A stretch of 64,000 nucleotides of DNA from a bacterium (GTDB taxonomy: Archaea > Nanobdellota > Nanobdellia > Pacearchaeales > GW2011-AR1). This document shows positions 20,173-28,976 of the stretch, in pieces; within the stretch, counting starts at the first letter, position 1; each line of letters opens with the position of its first letter. The notes beneath the pieces were generated by a model. The model was not told the DNA's origin and made no database searches. It saw nothing but the letters and a program-made list of their open reading frames with translations. Position numbers and translations under genes: made by a program. The stretch lies in NCBI GenBank assembly GCA_036833455.1, contig DAITPU010000002.1:16812-80811 (forward strand), read 5' to 3'.

Positions 20173-23160
20173 TTATTTTGAACAAGGTGGAACGAACTTT
20201 TGAATAGAACGACTAGAAGTGTCTCCTACATAAACATTTCCAGAGGAATCAACAAAAAGACTTTGAGGGTTGCTTAATTGACCATCTCCTGTCCCTGAAG
20301 ATCCAATCTTATCTAAATAGTTTCCATTTGAATTAAATATTTGTACTCTCTTATTATTTAGATCCAGTACATAAACTTTCCCTTCTGAATCTAAAGCTAC
20401 TTTCTGCGGATTCTTTAATTGACCGTTTCCTACTCCATAAAATCCAAATTTCCTTAAGAAATTTCCATTTGAATCAAAAACTTGTATCCTATGGTTATTT
20501 GAATCAACTACATATAAATTTCCTATCGAGTCTGTAGCAAGACCTCTTGGATTATTTAATTGGCCGTCTCTAGATCCTCTTACTCCGAAACTTTTTATTA
20601 AATTTCCATTGGAGTCATATTTGTTTATCAAATTTTTATAATAATCTGAAGCATAAATATTTCCCGAAGCATCTATAGCTATTCCGCTTGGGGTTCCAAG
20701 TGAGAATTGTCCTTTTGCTCCTATAGTTGATATATAATTTCCATTTGAATCAAACTTTACAATGTTGTTATTTCCTGTATCTATAACATAAAGATTTCCT
20801 AATGAATCTGATGAAAAATCTATTGCAGCTCCTTTAAACTTTCCATTTTCGGTTCCATAAGATCCAAAACTTAAAAGATGATTTTTCTCTTTATCAAACT
20901 TTAAAATTTTGCTGTTACTTAGCATATAAAAATTTCCTAAAGAATCTATAAAAATTCCCATTGGAAAAAACTGTTCATTTAAGTTTGGAGAAGAAGTCCA
21001 CTTTGCTAAAAACTCGTAACCATTGTTTCCGCAATAATTAGGATCTCCTAAACTAAATCCAGTTATAACAGGAGGATTTATTATTGAAGGTTCTTGCTGA
21101 AAAAAAGAAAATTCTTGTATTCTTGTATTTCCTCTTTCTGCAACATAAACTCTATTTTCTGGACCTATTTCAACAGCAGACGGCATGTTGAATTTTCCAT
21201 CTTCTATTCCGTAAGAACCAAAACTTTTTAAGAAATTTCCATTTGAATCAAAAACTTGTATTCTGTTGTTGCTTGAATCTGCAATGTAAACTCTTCCATA
21301 TGAATCTAAAGAAATTCCCAAAGGAGAACTGAATTCTCCTTCTTCATAACCTTTAACTCCCCATTTAAGTAAATAATTTCCATTTGAATCAAATTTTTGA
21401 ACTCTATTATTGCTTGAATCCACTACATATAAATTATTATTTGCATCTATTGCTAATGTCCTGGCATAAATAAATTGTCCATCTCCAGAGCCTTTAGTTC
21501 CAAATTTAGAAATATATTTTCCATCTGGACCAAACTTTTGAACACGAAAGTCATTATCTAAAATATAAATATTCCCAAAATTATCTATTTCAATTCCCGA
21601 AGGATTTTTCAAATATCCTTCTCCAGAGCCTTTAGTTCCAATATTTCCTAAATAAACTCCCTCTGAATTGAACTTTACTATACGAGAATTATACTTATCT
21701 ACAACGTAAATATTATTTGAAAAATCTATTGCTAAATCAGATGCAAACTTAAATTGCCCATCTCCTGATCCAGAAGAACCAAAACTTATTAAAAAATTTC
21801 CATTTGAATCAAATTTCAAAACTTCGTCTTCCATACTTAAACTGTATATGTTTCCTGAAGAATCTATAACCATTGCTGAAGGCCCAAACATTTGAGATCC
21901 AGTTAATTTTTTATAAGGCCATTTTTTGACAAAAAAATATTCCAAACTAGAATTAGTCATATTAGTAGAATTTGTTACATTTGTAAAATTTGAATAATTT
22001 TGTTGTAACATTGAGCACGGAATTAAAAATTTCTTGATTAATTCATTTCCAGAATCTCCTACATAAACATTTCCTTGATTGTCTACTGCTACAGAATAAG
22101 GGTGGTTTGAAAACTGCTCATCATCTTCAGGGGATATTTTTTTAAGGTAGTTTCCATTTGAATCAAAAACTTGTATTCTGTTGTTGCTTGAATCTGCAAT
22201 GTAAACTCTTCCAGATGAATCTAAAGAAATTCCCCAAGGGTTATTGAACTGACCTTCTTCTGAACCAAGAGTTCCCCATTTAGTTAAATAATTTCCATTT
22301 GAATCAAATTTTTGAATTCTATGATTCCCAGTATCAACAACATAATAATTTCCTAAAGAATCTATTGCAATTCCTCTTGGAAAAGAAAAATATCCAGATA
22401 AAGATCCCCCTGTAAGAGCTTTAGAAGAAGATAAATAATTCCCTTCTAAATCAAATATTTGAATTCTATGATTATTTGTATCGGCAATATAAATTTTGTT
22501 TGAAGAATCTATTGCTATTCCTAAAGGAGATTTGAATTGTCCTTCTTTTACTCCTAACAAACCAAAATTTGAAACATACTCTCCTTTTGAATTATACTTA
22601 ACAATTCTATTGTTTCCTGTATCAACTACATAATAATTTCCTAATGAATCTAAAGCAAAATCCCTTGGGAATTTTAATTGCCCTTCTCCAGTTCCATAAG
22701 ACCCTATTGTTGTAAGATGTGCTCCTTCCGAATCAAATTTTATAATTTCATTGTTACTTAAAACATAGATATTCCCTAATGCATCTGTTTTTATTGAGAT
22801 AGGGAAGAAATTTCCATTTGAATTAGAAAGTTTGTCATATCCCCACTTTAATTTAAATTCATAATCTTCAGAAGAACTACATTCCGGATTTTGAATATAA
22901 CCTTCAGAATATACTATTTCATTTTTTTCTTCTATATTTCCTTCTTCAACTCTCTTTTGTTCTTCTATCCTCTTTTGTTCTTCTAATCGGGCTTGCTCTT
23001 TTTCAGCAACTTGTTTCATTAATAGACATTCAAAAAAACCTTTGCATTCTTTTTGTTCAGAAACTGCATAACCCGTTAATGAAGCTCCAATTATAAGAGA
23101 ACCAACTAAAAATAGAAACAGCACACTTAATGAAATGTAAAGATATGTTTTTCGTTTCAT
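20173..23160 (-). CDS. Giant (995 aa) membrane-anchored NHL-repeat surface protein
   Basis: N-terminal TM anchor, coiled-coil K/E/Q segment, then ~18 NHL-type repeats (GN.YV.D..N.RIQ.FDSNGN) forming probably three propellers. Confidence 0.65.
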   Translation of the reverse strand: MKRKTYLYISLSVLFLFLVGSLIIGASLTGYAVSEQKECKGFFECLLMKQVAEKEQARLEEQKRIEEQKRVEEGNIEEKNEIVYSEGYIQNPECSSSEDYEFKLKWGYDKLSNSNGNFFPISIKTDALGNIYVLSNNEIIKFDSEGAHLTTIGSYGTGEGQLKFPRDFALDSLGNYYVVDTGNNRIVKYNSKGEYVSNFGLLGVKEGQFKSPLGIAIDSSNKIYIADTNNHRIQIFDLEGNYLSSSKALTGGSLSGYFSFPRGIAIDSLGNYYVVDTGNHRIQKFDSNGNYLTKWGTLGSEEGQFNNPWGISLDSSGRVYIADSSNNRIQVFDSNGNYLKKISPEDDEQFSNHPYSVAVDNQGNVYVGDSGNELIKKFLIPCSMLQQNYSNFTNVTNSTNMTNSSLEYFFVKKWPYKKLTGSQMFGPSAMVIDSSGNIYSLSMEDEVLKFDSNGNFLISFGSSGSGDGQFKFASDLAIDFSNNIYVVDKYNSRIVKFNSEGVYLGNIGTKGSGEGYLKNPSGIEIDNFGNIYILDNDFRVQKFGPDGKYISKFGTKGSGDGQFIYARTLAIDANNNLYVVDSSNNRVQKFDSNGNYLLKWGVKGYEEGEFSSPLGISLDSYGRVYIADSSNNRIQVFDSNGNFLKSFGSYGIEDGKFNMPSAVEIGPENRVYVAERGNTRIQEFSFFQQEPSIINPPVITGFSLGDPNYCGNNGYEFLAKWTSSPNLNEQFFPMGIFIDSLGNFYMLSNSKILKFDKEKNHLLSFGSYGTENGKFKGAAIDFSSDSLGNLYVIDTGNNNIVKFDSNGNYISTIGAKGQFSLGTPSGIAIDASGNIYASDYYKNLINKYDSNGNLIKSFGVRGSRDGQLNNPRGLATDSIGNLYVVDSNNHRIQVFDSNGNFLRKFGFYGVGNGQLKNPQKVALDSEGKVYVLDLNNKRVQIFNSNGNYLDKIGSSGTGDGQLSNPQSLFVDSSGNVYVGDTSSRSIQKFVPPCSK

Positions 23161-23346
23161 ATAACCACCTAATTTTATTTAGAGTGTATCTTATTTAAAT
23201 GTTTTTAATTTATTTTGTTATAAAAAAATTTAAAAAATATTCAAGAAAATTAGATGAATTATCTTCCTAAAAATTTCTATTAAAATTAAGTTCGTGTTCC
23301 AACTAAAGAAGTTGGGATTGTCTACGCGGTTAAATTAAAAATAAAA

Positions 23347-23634
23347 TTATCCGAATAAAGCAGACAATCCTTCAGCTGCAGCAGCTTTCTTTTCTTCTTT
23401 CTTTGGTGCTTCTTCTTTCTTTTCAACTGCCGGCGCATTTGCTGGAGCAGAGGAAATTAAAGCCGCATTTTCTAATTCAGCTGCGATATTAACACCATTT
23501 AAGCTAACAATTAAGGATTTAACCTTAGACTCGTCAACTTTTTCGCCTGTAGCTGCAACTACGCTTTTTATTGCGTTTTCAGTTACTTCTTTTCCAAGTT
23601 TGTGCAACAATAAAGCTGCATATATGTATTCCAT
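23347..23634 (-). CDS. rpl12: Ribosomal stalk protein P1 (aL12)
   Basis: MEYIYAALLLH... start and acidic/Ala-rich tail ending GLSALFG. Confidence 0.85.
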   Translation of the reverse strand: MEYIYAALLLHKLGKEVTENAIKSVVAATGEKVDESKVKSLIVSLNGVNIAAELENAALISSAPANAPAVEKKEEAPKKEEKKAAAAEGLSALFG

Positions 23635-23661
23635 CTTCTTTTCCTTTATTTAATTAGTAGA

Positions 23662-24549
23662 TTAACCAAAAAGACTTGCAAGTCCTGCAGTTGAATCTAC
23701 TTTGGGCTCCTCCTTTTTATTTTCCAGAGGAGTTTTTTCTGAAGAATCTTCTAAAATTTCGTCTTCTTCTCCAGTTATTACTTTTATTAATCTTTTCTCT
23801 TGTCTTCCTGCTTTTTGAATCATTAATTTAATTGTTTCCGTACAGAAATAACTCAAATTTACTGCAAAAGATAATGCTTTCAAATGAGATTCTTTCAATT
23901 CCTTTAATGTTCCTTCTTTATCAATAATAATTTCAGAATAAAACATTCCTGATTCTTTATCTATAGCACAAAGCGGTTTGAATCCAATTGAAAAAGGCAT
24001 TATATTTAATTTACTTAAAATGTCTGCTGCTGCTTGAGTTATTGAGGCTCCTTTTTTTGCAACCACCTTAGATTGCTTTATATGGATCTTTCCTCCTTGG
24101 ATCTGTATTTGAATTCCTACTGCCCCTAATTCTGAAATTGCGGGTCCTGGAACTAAATCTGTCGGACCTTCAGGAATTTCTATATCTTCTGGAGCTATCT
24201 GTCCGGGTTTCGCTTTTGAAGGACTCTTGTTTTTTAATAAATCTCCTGCCAAATTAAAAGAATCTTCATTAGAAAATAATATTGCAAAAGCGCTTTCTTC
24301 TTTAATTCTTTTTTTCATTTCTTCTGAATTGCTTAACTTAACTTTATCCATTGCCATAAGGATTAAATTTTTTTTAGGAACTTTAATTGTAGATTTATTC
24401 CTCATTTTCTTCTTTATTTGTTCGTATTGAGTTCCAGGAATTCCGCTTATTGACGCCAATAGAATTGTTTTATTATTACTTAATAAGTCGATTAATTCTT
24501 TCAATGCTTTTGTTTTTTTCACAGGTATTTGTTCTACAACTTTTTTCAT
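23662..24549 (-). CDS. rpl10: Ribosomal stalk protein P0 (uL10)
   Basis: 295 aa with C-terminal GLASLFG stalk tail; between L1 and P1. Confidence 0.85.
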   Translation of the reverse strand: MKKVVEQIPVKKTKALKELIDLLSNNKTILLASISGIPGTQYEQIKKKMRNKSTIKVPKKNLILMAMDKVKLSNSEEMKKRIKEESAFAILFSNEDSFNLAGDLLKNKSPSKAKPGQIAPEDIEIPEGPTDLVPGPAISELGAVGIQIQIQGGKIHIKQSKVVAKKGASITQAAADILSKLNIMPFSIGFKPLCAIDKESGMFYSEIIIDKEGTLKELKESHLKALSFAVNLSYFCTETIKLMIQKAGRQEKRLIKVITGEEDEILEDSSEKTPLENKKEEPKVDSTAGLASLFG

Positions 24550-24550
24550 T

Positions 24551-25174
24551 TTACTTGATAGTTAATTTAATTGGTTTAGTCATTGTGAATTTTAATTCTA
24601 AATTTTTTACATTTTCTTTTCCTCTAGGGAGGTTTTTTATTATTTCGTGATAAATTGAAATAATGTTCTCAATTAAATCTTCATCTTTCATAGACTGTTT
24701 TCCAACAGGCAATTTTATTGAAGATTCTTTTACCCTTATTTTTACAGAAGTATTTATCTTTTGTTTAAGTTCATTTATTGTCTTTTCATCTGCATTCAAT
24801 ATAATTCCTAGTTGAGGAGAAGGCATTTTTCCAGTTGGACCTAAAACTCTTCCGAAAGTTGTCGCAACTTGAGGCATTATTTTTGCTTGAGAAATAAAAA
24901 AATCATATTTTCTAACCAAAGATTTTAATTTTTTCTTGTCTGAATATTTTTTAAAATCTTGAAAAGTTATTGTGTCAATTAATTCTGAATTTGATTCTAA
25001 AAAAGCGGCGACTTTTTTATCTTTAGTTTTATGAGGAACTGTGGCAAAAAGATTTATGGGATTTTTTTTAACAGAATATTTTTGAAGATTTACAATTAGG
25101 TCTAAAGTTTGGTCAAATTTTCTTTCTTTGTTTTTTCTTAGTTCTTCTAATGCTTTTTTTAATTCAGCTTCCAT
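24551..25174 (-). CDS. rpl1: Ribosomal protein uL1
   Basis: L1 sequence; start trimmed to MEAELKKALEEL (ORF extends 18 codons further upstream). Confidence 0.8.
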   Translation of the reverse strand: MEAELKKALEELRKNKERKFDQTLDLIVNLQKYSVKKNPINLFATVPHKTKDKKVAAFLESNSELIDTITFQDFKKYSDKKKLKSLVRKYDFFISQAKIMPQVATTFGRVLGPTGKMPSPQLGIILNADEKTINELKQKINTSVKIRVKESSIKLPVGKQSMKDEDLIENIISIYHEIIKNLPRGKENVKNLELKFTMTKPIKLTIK

Positions 25175-25289
25175 TGAATCTCCTCCTACAGTATGCTTGG
25201 AATCAGTCAAGAACTGTCGACTTACCAAGATGTAGTTAATTGGATATTCTTTTTATAAGAAAAAGGTTTATAAAAGTTTTGATTGCCTT

Positions 25290-25919
25290 TTAATTAAGAG
25301 ATGAAGGAGGTTCCTTAAGTCTATACCAGAATACCCATCCTTTATGGTAATAGGCATCTTTAGAAGGTTTATATTTAATTGCGCAATATCTAAAATCAAT
25401 TAAAGGATAATTAGAAGAATCTTCCTCGTAAATTTCCCCCGGAATAAGCTCTCCTTCTGTGCTCTCTCTTATAAGAGAGATTTCTTCTCCAGATTCAATT
25501 CTTTCTTTTATTTTGTTTTCTTCTAAATACCTTAAGATTTCCCCTTTAGCATATTCTTCATATTCTGTTAATTCTCCCTCATATTCTTTTATTAATTCAT
25601 TTTCTTTTACAAAACTTTTTATTTTTTCTGCACATTCTCCGTAAGTTTTATCAAATTCTTCTTCAGACATAAAACCTGTCCAATCCTTTTCCTCGTATCT
25701 TTTATTTTCAAAATTTAAATCTTCATTTTGTTCTGTGTTTTCTTCTTGAATTTTTTCTTGAGTTTGTTTCATGAATATACATTCAAACAAATTTGAACAA
25801 GATTTTTCCCCATTGCTTGAAATTACATTTCCTGTGATAACTGAACCAGCAATAAAAAACCCAAGAAAAAAAGCAAACACTGCAACTATTGCAATATAAA
25901 TATAAATTTGTTTTTTCAT
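25290..25919 (-). CDS. Membrane-anchored acidic hypothetical protein sharing N-terminal Cys module with NHL proteins
   Basis: N-terminal TM then CSNLFECIFMKQ, compare CKGFFECLLMKQ in 20173..23160 and CNSFWKCFFEEN in 16455..17825. Confidence 0.45.
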   Translation of the reverse strand: MKKQIYIYIAIVAVFAFFLGFFIAGSVITGNVISSNGEKSCSNLFECIFMKQTQEKIQEENTEQNEDLNFENKRYEEKDWTGFMSEEEFDKTYGECAEKIKSFVKENELIKEYEGELTEYEEYAKGEILRYLEENKIKERIESGEEISLIRESTEGELIPGEIYEEDSSNYPLIDFRYCAIKYKPSKDAYYHKGWVFWYRLKEPPSSLN

Positions 25920-26003
25920 TTCTTCACCTTAATTTGATTATTAAGAGAATTATTTAAATGTTTTTATGGATCAAAAGTCCATTTTTAAAATAAAAAAAAT
26001 AGT

Positions 26004-26375
26004 TTAATTAAAAGGACATTCTCCCGAGTTTTTATTTTGCTTATGCATTCCTTTTCCCTTGCCAAATTCCGATTTTAATTCTTGGATTTTTGAGTAATCT
26101 CCAGATTCTCTTGCTTCTTCCATAAGTAATCGAAATTCATTTCTTTCTTTATGCCTTTCTTGGATTTCTTTAAATCTTTCTTCTGAAATTTGAGATCTCT
26201 TCATTTCTGCCCAAGATTCATAATCTCCTTGCTCGATAGCTAATTTCATTGATTCTCTATCTTCTTCTGAAAGAGCTTTGTTTTTTAAACTTCCTCCAAA
26301 AGCAGAGACGAGCCCGATTCCTAAAAGCGCGACCATAAATAAAGCAAAAATTGTTAATGTTTTTTTATTCTTCAT
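26004..26375 (-). CDS. Secreted/anchored hypothetical protein
   Basis: Signal/anchor helix then charged helical region. Confidence 0.4.
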   Translation of the reverse strand: MKNKKTLTIFALFMVALLGIGLVSAFGGSLKNKALSEEDRESMKLAIEQGDYESWAEMKRSQISEERFKEIQERHKERNEFRLLMEEARESGDYSKIQELKSEFGKGKGMHKQNKNSGECPFN

Positions 26376-26484
26376 TTTATATACCTCCTTTCAGTTCTAT
26401 AATTAACTAAAAATTTTTCTATTTAAAAGAAAGATGGAATTTAAATCCATAATCCTTTAAATATTAGGATCTCTTGTTTAATTT

Positions 26485-27159
26485 ATGCCGCCGGGAATGA
26501 TTGGGTCTTTTGCCCAAATTGGAGCCAGTAGTGAAATTCTTTATTCATTTGTAATTATAATTTTTAGCTTAATGATCTATCTTGGAACTAAAGAAATTTA
26601 TAATCTTAGTTCGGATAAAGGAATTGGATATTTTCGAGATGCTTTTTTATTTTTTTCTGTTGCATACTTTTTGAGAGCAATAATTAAATTAGCCCTAATT
26701 AATTTTAATCTTCGTCCGAAAAATTTTGAATATTTCTTTTTAATACAAGAGATTTCTATTTTATTATTCATGTTCTTTAGTTCTATTGCTATTTTTTCAC
26801 TTCTACAAGGAGTTTTAGTTAAAAAGTTTAAATCTCTAAATACTTCAATCTATTCTTATTTATTTGCTTTTTTAATTTCCTTTGTTGTTTTTTTCTCTAA
26901 GGTAAAAGAGGTTTACTTTGGAATAAATCTTTTTTTACTATTGATTGTCTTATTTGTTATTTTTTATTCCCATAATTATTCTGAATCTAAAGATAATCTT
27001 TTCTATATAGTTTACATTTTATTATCCTTTTTTTGGATTTTGAATATTTTGGACACTTTGATTCCTCAATTTTTACAAAACCTTCAACTCTTAATTTATA
27101 CTTTATCTACACTGACTTTTTCATTTATCGCATATAAAGTTTTAAGGAAGGTGGGTTAA
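26485..27159 (+). CDS. Polytopic membrane protein, unknown function
   Basis: 224 aa, ~6 TM helices; stop overlaps start of next gene (ATGA). Confidence 0.45.
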   Translation: MPPGMIGSFAQIGASSEILYSFVIIIFSLMIYLGTKEIYNLSSDKGIGYFRDAFLFFSVAYFLRAIIKLALINFNLRPKNFEYFFLIQEISILLFMFFSSIAIFSLLQGVLVKKFKSLNTSIYSYLFAFLISFVVFFSKVKEVYFGINLFLLLIVLFVIFYSHNYSESKDNLFYIVYILLSFFWILNILDTLIPQFLQNLQLLIYTLSTLTFSFIAYKVLRKVG

Positions 27160-27431
27160 TGACAAAAAGAGAAAGATTAGAAATAATAAGGGATATTTTG
27201 AAAATAATAAAAGAAAATAATAATTCAATAAAACCAACTCCTCTTCTAAGAAAATCTAACCTTTCTTCTGAGAGATTTAAGGAATATTACTTGGATTTAG
27301 TTTCAAAAAAAATGATAGTTAAAAGAGTTGACTTTAGAGGAGAAAAAATTATTTCTCTGACAGAAAAAGGATTTAAATTTTTGGAGAAATATAATATTAT
27401 AGTTTCTTTCATAGAAGAGTTTGATTTGTAA
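27159..27431 (+). CDS. Small winged-helix-like DNA-binding protein (putative regulator)
   Basis: 90 aa, helix-rich basic pattern; translationally coupled to the preceding membrane protein. Confidence 0.4.
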   Translation: MTKRERLEIIRDILKIIKENNNSIKPTPLLRKSNLSSERFKEYYLDLVSKKMIVKRVDFRGEKIISLTEKGFKFLEKYNIIVSFIEEFDL

Positions 27432-27469
27432 TTAGAAAGCCTTAAATAGATTAAATTGTCCTTATTTTT

Positions 27470-27763
27470 GTAAGTCAGGGAGCTAACTTTCGAGAATTTG
27501 ACATTAAATTGTCAAGCAATGAAATATGATTGCTGATTCTTGAGGAAGGTCCGCGCACCTCCGACTTTTGTTGGAACAAAACTACGAAGGAAATCTTCGG
27601 CCTCGTGAGGGGTAGCTCTGGTATAGAAACGATCCTATTAAGTTAGGCTGGAACGAGCATCTTGGTTGGTGCAAGGGTAACAAATGTACGCCCGCTTAGT
27701 TAGATGTTAGCACATTCCGTCTGAAAACAGGGAATGACAGAACGTGGCCTACTCTGACTTACT
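27470..27763 (+). ncRNA. rnpB: Candidate RNase P RNA (reduced, ~294 nt)
   Basis: GC-rich island in AT-rich DNA; termini pair (GUAAGUCAG.. / ..CUGACUUAC, P1); GAGGAAGGUCCGCGCA (P4 5' strand-like) and GACAGAACGUGGCCUAC (ACAGAA + P4 3' strand-like); P3-like hairpins. Confidence 0.5.
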
Positions 27764-27815
27764 TTTTTCTTTTAACAAACTTTAAAAAAGAGATTCTTTT
27801 GTTATTTCTATATAA

Positions 27816-27887
27816 GGGAGTGTAGCTCAGGGGGAGAGCACATGACTGAAGATCATGGTGTCGAGGGTTCGAGTCCCTCCACTCCCA
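27816..27887 (+). tRNA. tRNA-Phe (anticodon GAA)
   Basis: Cloverleaf by hand: acceptor GGGAGUG/CACUCCC, anticodon loop CUGAAGA, T-arm GAGGG-UUCGAGU-CCCUC, 72 nt. Confidence 0.85.
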
Positions 27888-27934
27888 TATTAAGAAAAGA
27901 GTAATCTTATAAATATATTTTTCTTGAGTTTAAT

Positions 27935-28474
27935 ATGAGAAAGAATAAAGAGGGTAGTTTTAGAATAATAGCAATAGTGTTCTTTTTAACTATGCTTATT
28001 GCAATTAATTGGGAAAAATGGACTTGGATGAAAAACGGAATACATTCTATTTTAGATCCCACCTTAGGAGCTATGCTTAATTGGAATTTGGCCATTGGTA
28101 TGACTATTGCGGTTTTTTTAATTTCTTTAATCATAACTCTTGTTCAAAAATATACTACAGATCAAGAAGAGCTTAAAAGATTGAAAAAAGAACAGAAAGA
28201 AATTCAGAAAAAGATGAAGGAATTTAAAGACAATCCAAAAAAAATGAGCGAAATACAAAAAGAAAATTGGCCTTTGATGATTAAACAATTTAAACTTGGA
28301 TTGGGAACTATAATTTATACCGGTATTCCTTTTGTTTTATTATTTCGTTGGTTTTATGATTTTTTTGCCCTAATCGGTAGTACAAAAGTTTTAGGAATGC
28401 ATTGGTTCTTATTTTACTTTATAGCGACACTTATTTTCTCAAGTATTCTAAAAAAGAAGTTGGATGTTGCTTAG
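27935..28474 (+). CDS. DUF106 family membrane protein (archaeal Oxa1/YidC/EMC3-like insertase candidate)
   Basis: 179 aa, three TMs flanking a charged coiled-coil (KRLKKEQKEIQKKMKEFK), architecture of DUF106. Confidence 0.5.
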   Translation: MRKNKEGSFRIIAIVFFLTMLIAINWEKWTWMKNGIHSILDPTLGAMLNWNLAIGMTIAVFLISLIITLVQKYTTDQEELKRLKKEQKEIQKKMKEFKDNPKKMSEIQKENWPLMIKQFKLGLGTIIYTGIPFVLLFRWFYDFFALIGSTKVLGMHWFLFYFIATLIFSSILKKKLDVA

Positions 28475-28508
28475 AAAGACTTAAAAACAAATTTAATCTG
28501 AAGGAAAT

Positions 28509-28976
28509 ATGAATCAAGATTTGGAAAGAAAGTTTAAAGTTTTTGAAAGGCAAATAATGCAAATTCAAGAGCAATTACAAGCTGTGGAACAAGCAGTTGA
28601 AGACATGAATAAAGTTTCTAAAGGAATTCTTGAATTGGAAGGTAAAACTGGGGAAGAAATTTTTGCACCAATAGGAAGGGGTATTTACGTTAAAGCAAAA
28701 TTGTTAGAAGAAAATCTTTTAGTAGATGTTGGAGAAAAAAATCTTGTTAATAAAAGCATAAAAGAAACTGAAAAAATAATTTCTGATCAAAGAGTTAAAT
28801 TAGAAGAAATTCATGAGGAACTTCAAAAAGAATTGGAGTCGATTAATGAAGAATTGACTAAAACATTTATGGAATATCAAAATAAGCACGGGCACGTGCA
28901 TAATTCTGATTGCGAATGTGAAGAAGAGTGTGATTGTTCAGAAGAAGATAATTGCGGTTGCGGACATTTGCATTAA
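28509..28976 (+). CDS. pfdA: Prefoldin alpha subunit with Cys/His-rich C-terminal tail
   Basis: coiled coil - two beta hairpins (FAPIGRGIYVKAKLLEEN..LVDVGEKNLVNKS) - coiled coil; tail HGHVHNSDCECEEECDCSEEDNCGCGHLH. Confidence 0.6.
   Translation: MNQDLERKFKVFERQIMQIQEQLQAVEQAVEDMNKVSKGILELEGKTGEEIFAPIGRGIYVKAKLLEENLLVDVGEKNLVNKSIKETEKIISDQRVKLEEIHEELQKELESINEELTKTFMEYQNKHGHVHNSDCECEEECDCSEEDNCGCGHLH

Noticed and set aside
27470-27763. Alternative identity as SRP (7S) RNA
   Set aside because: No helix-8-like GNAR/AGCA motifs seen, whereas P4-like and ACAGAA motifs fit RNase P; kept as RNase P candidate with moderate confidence
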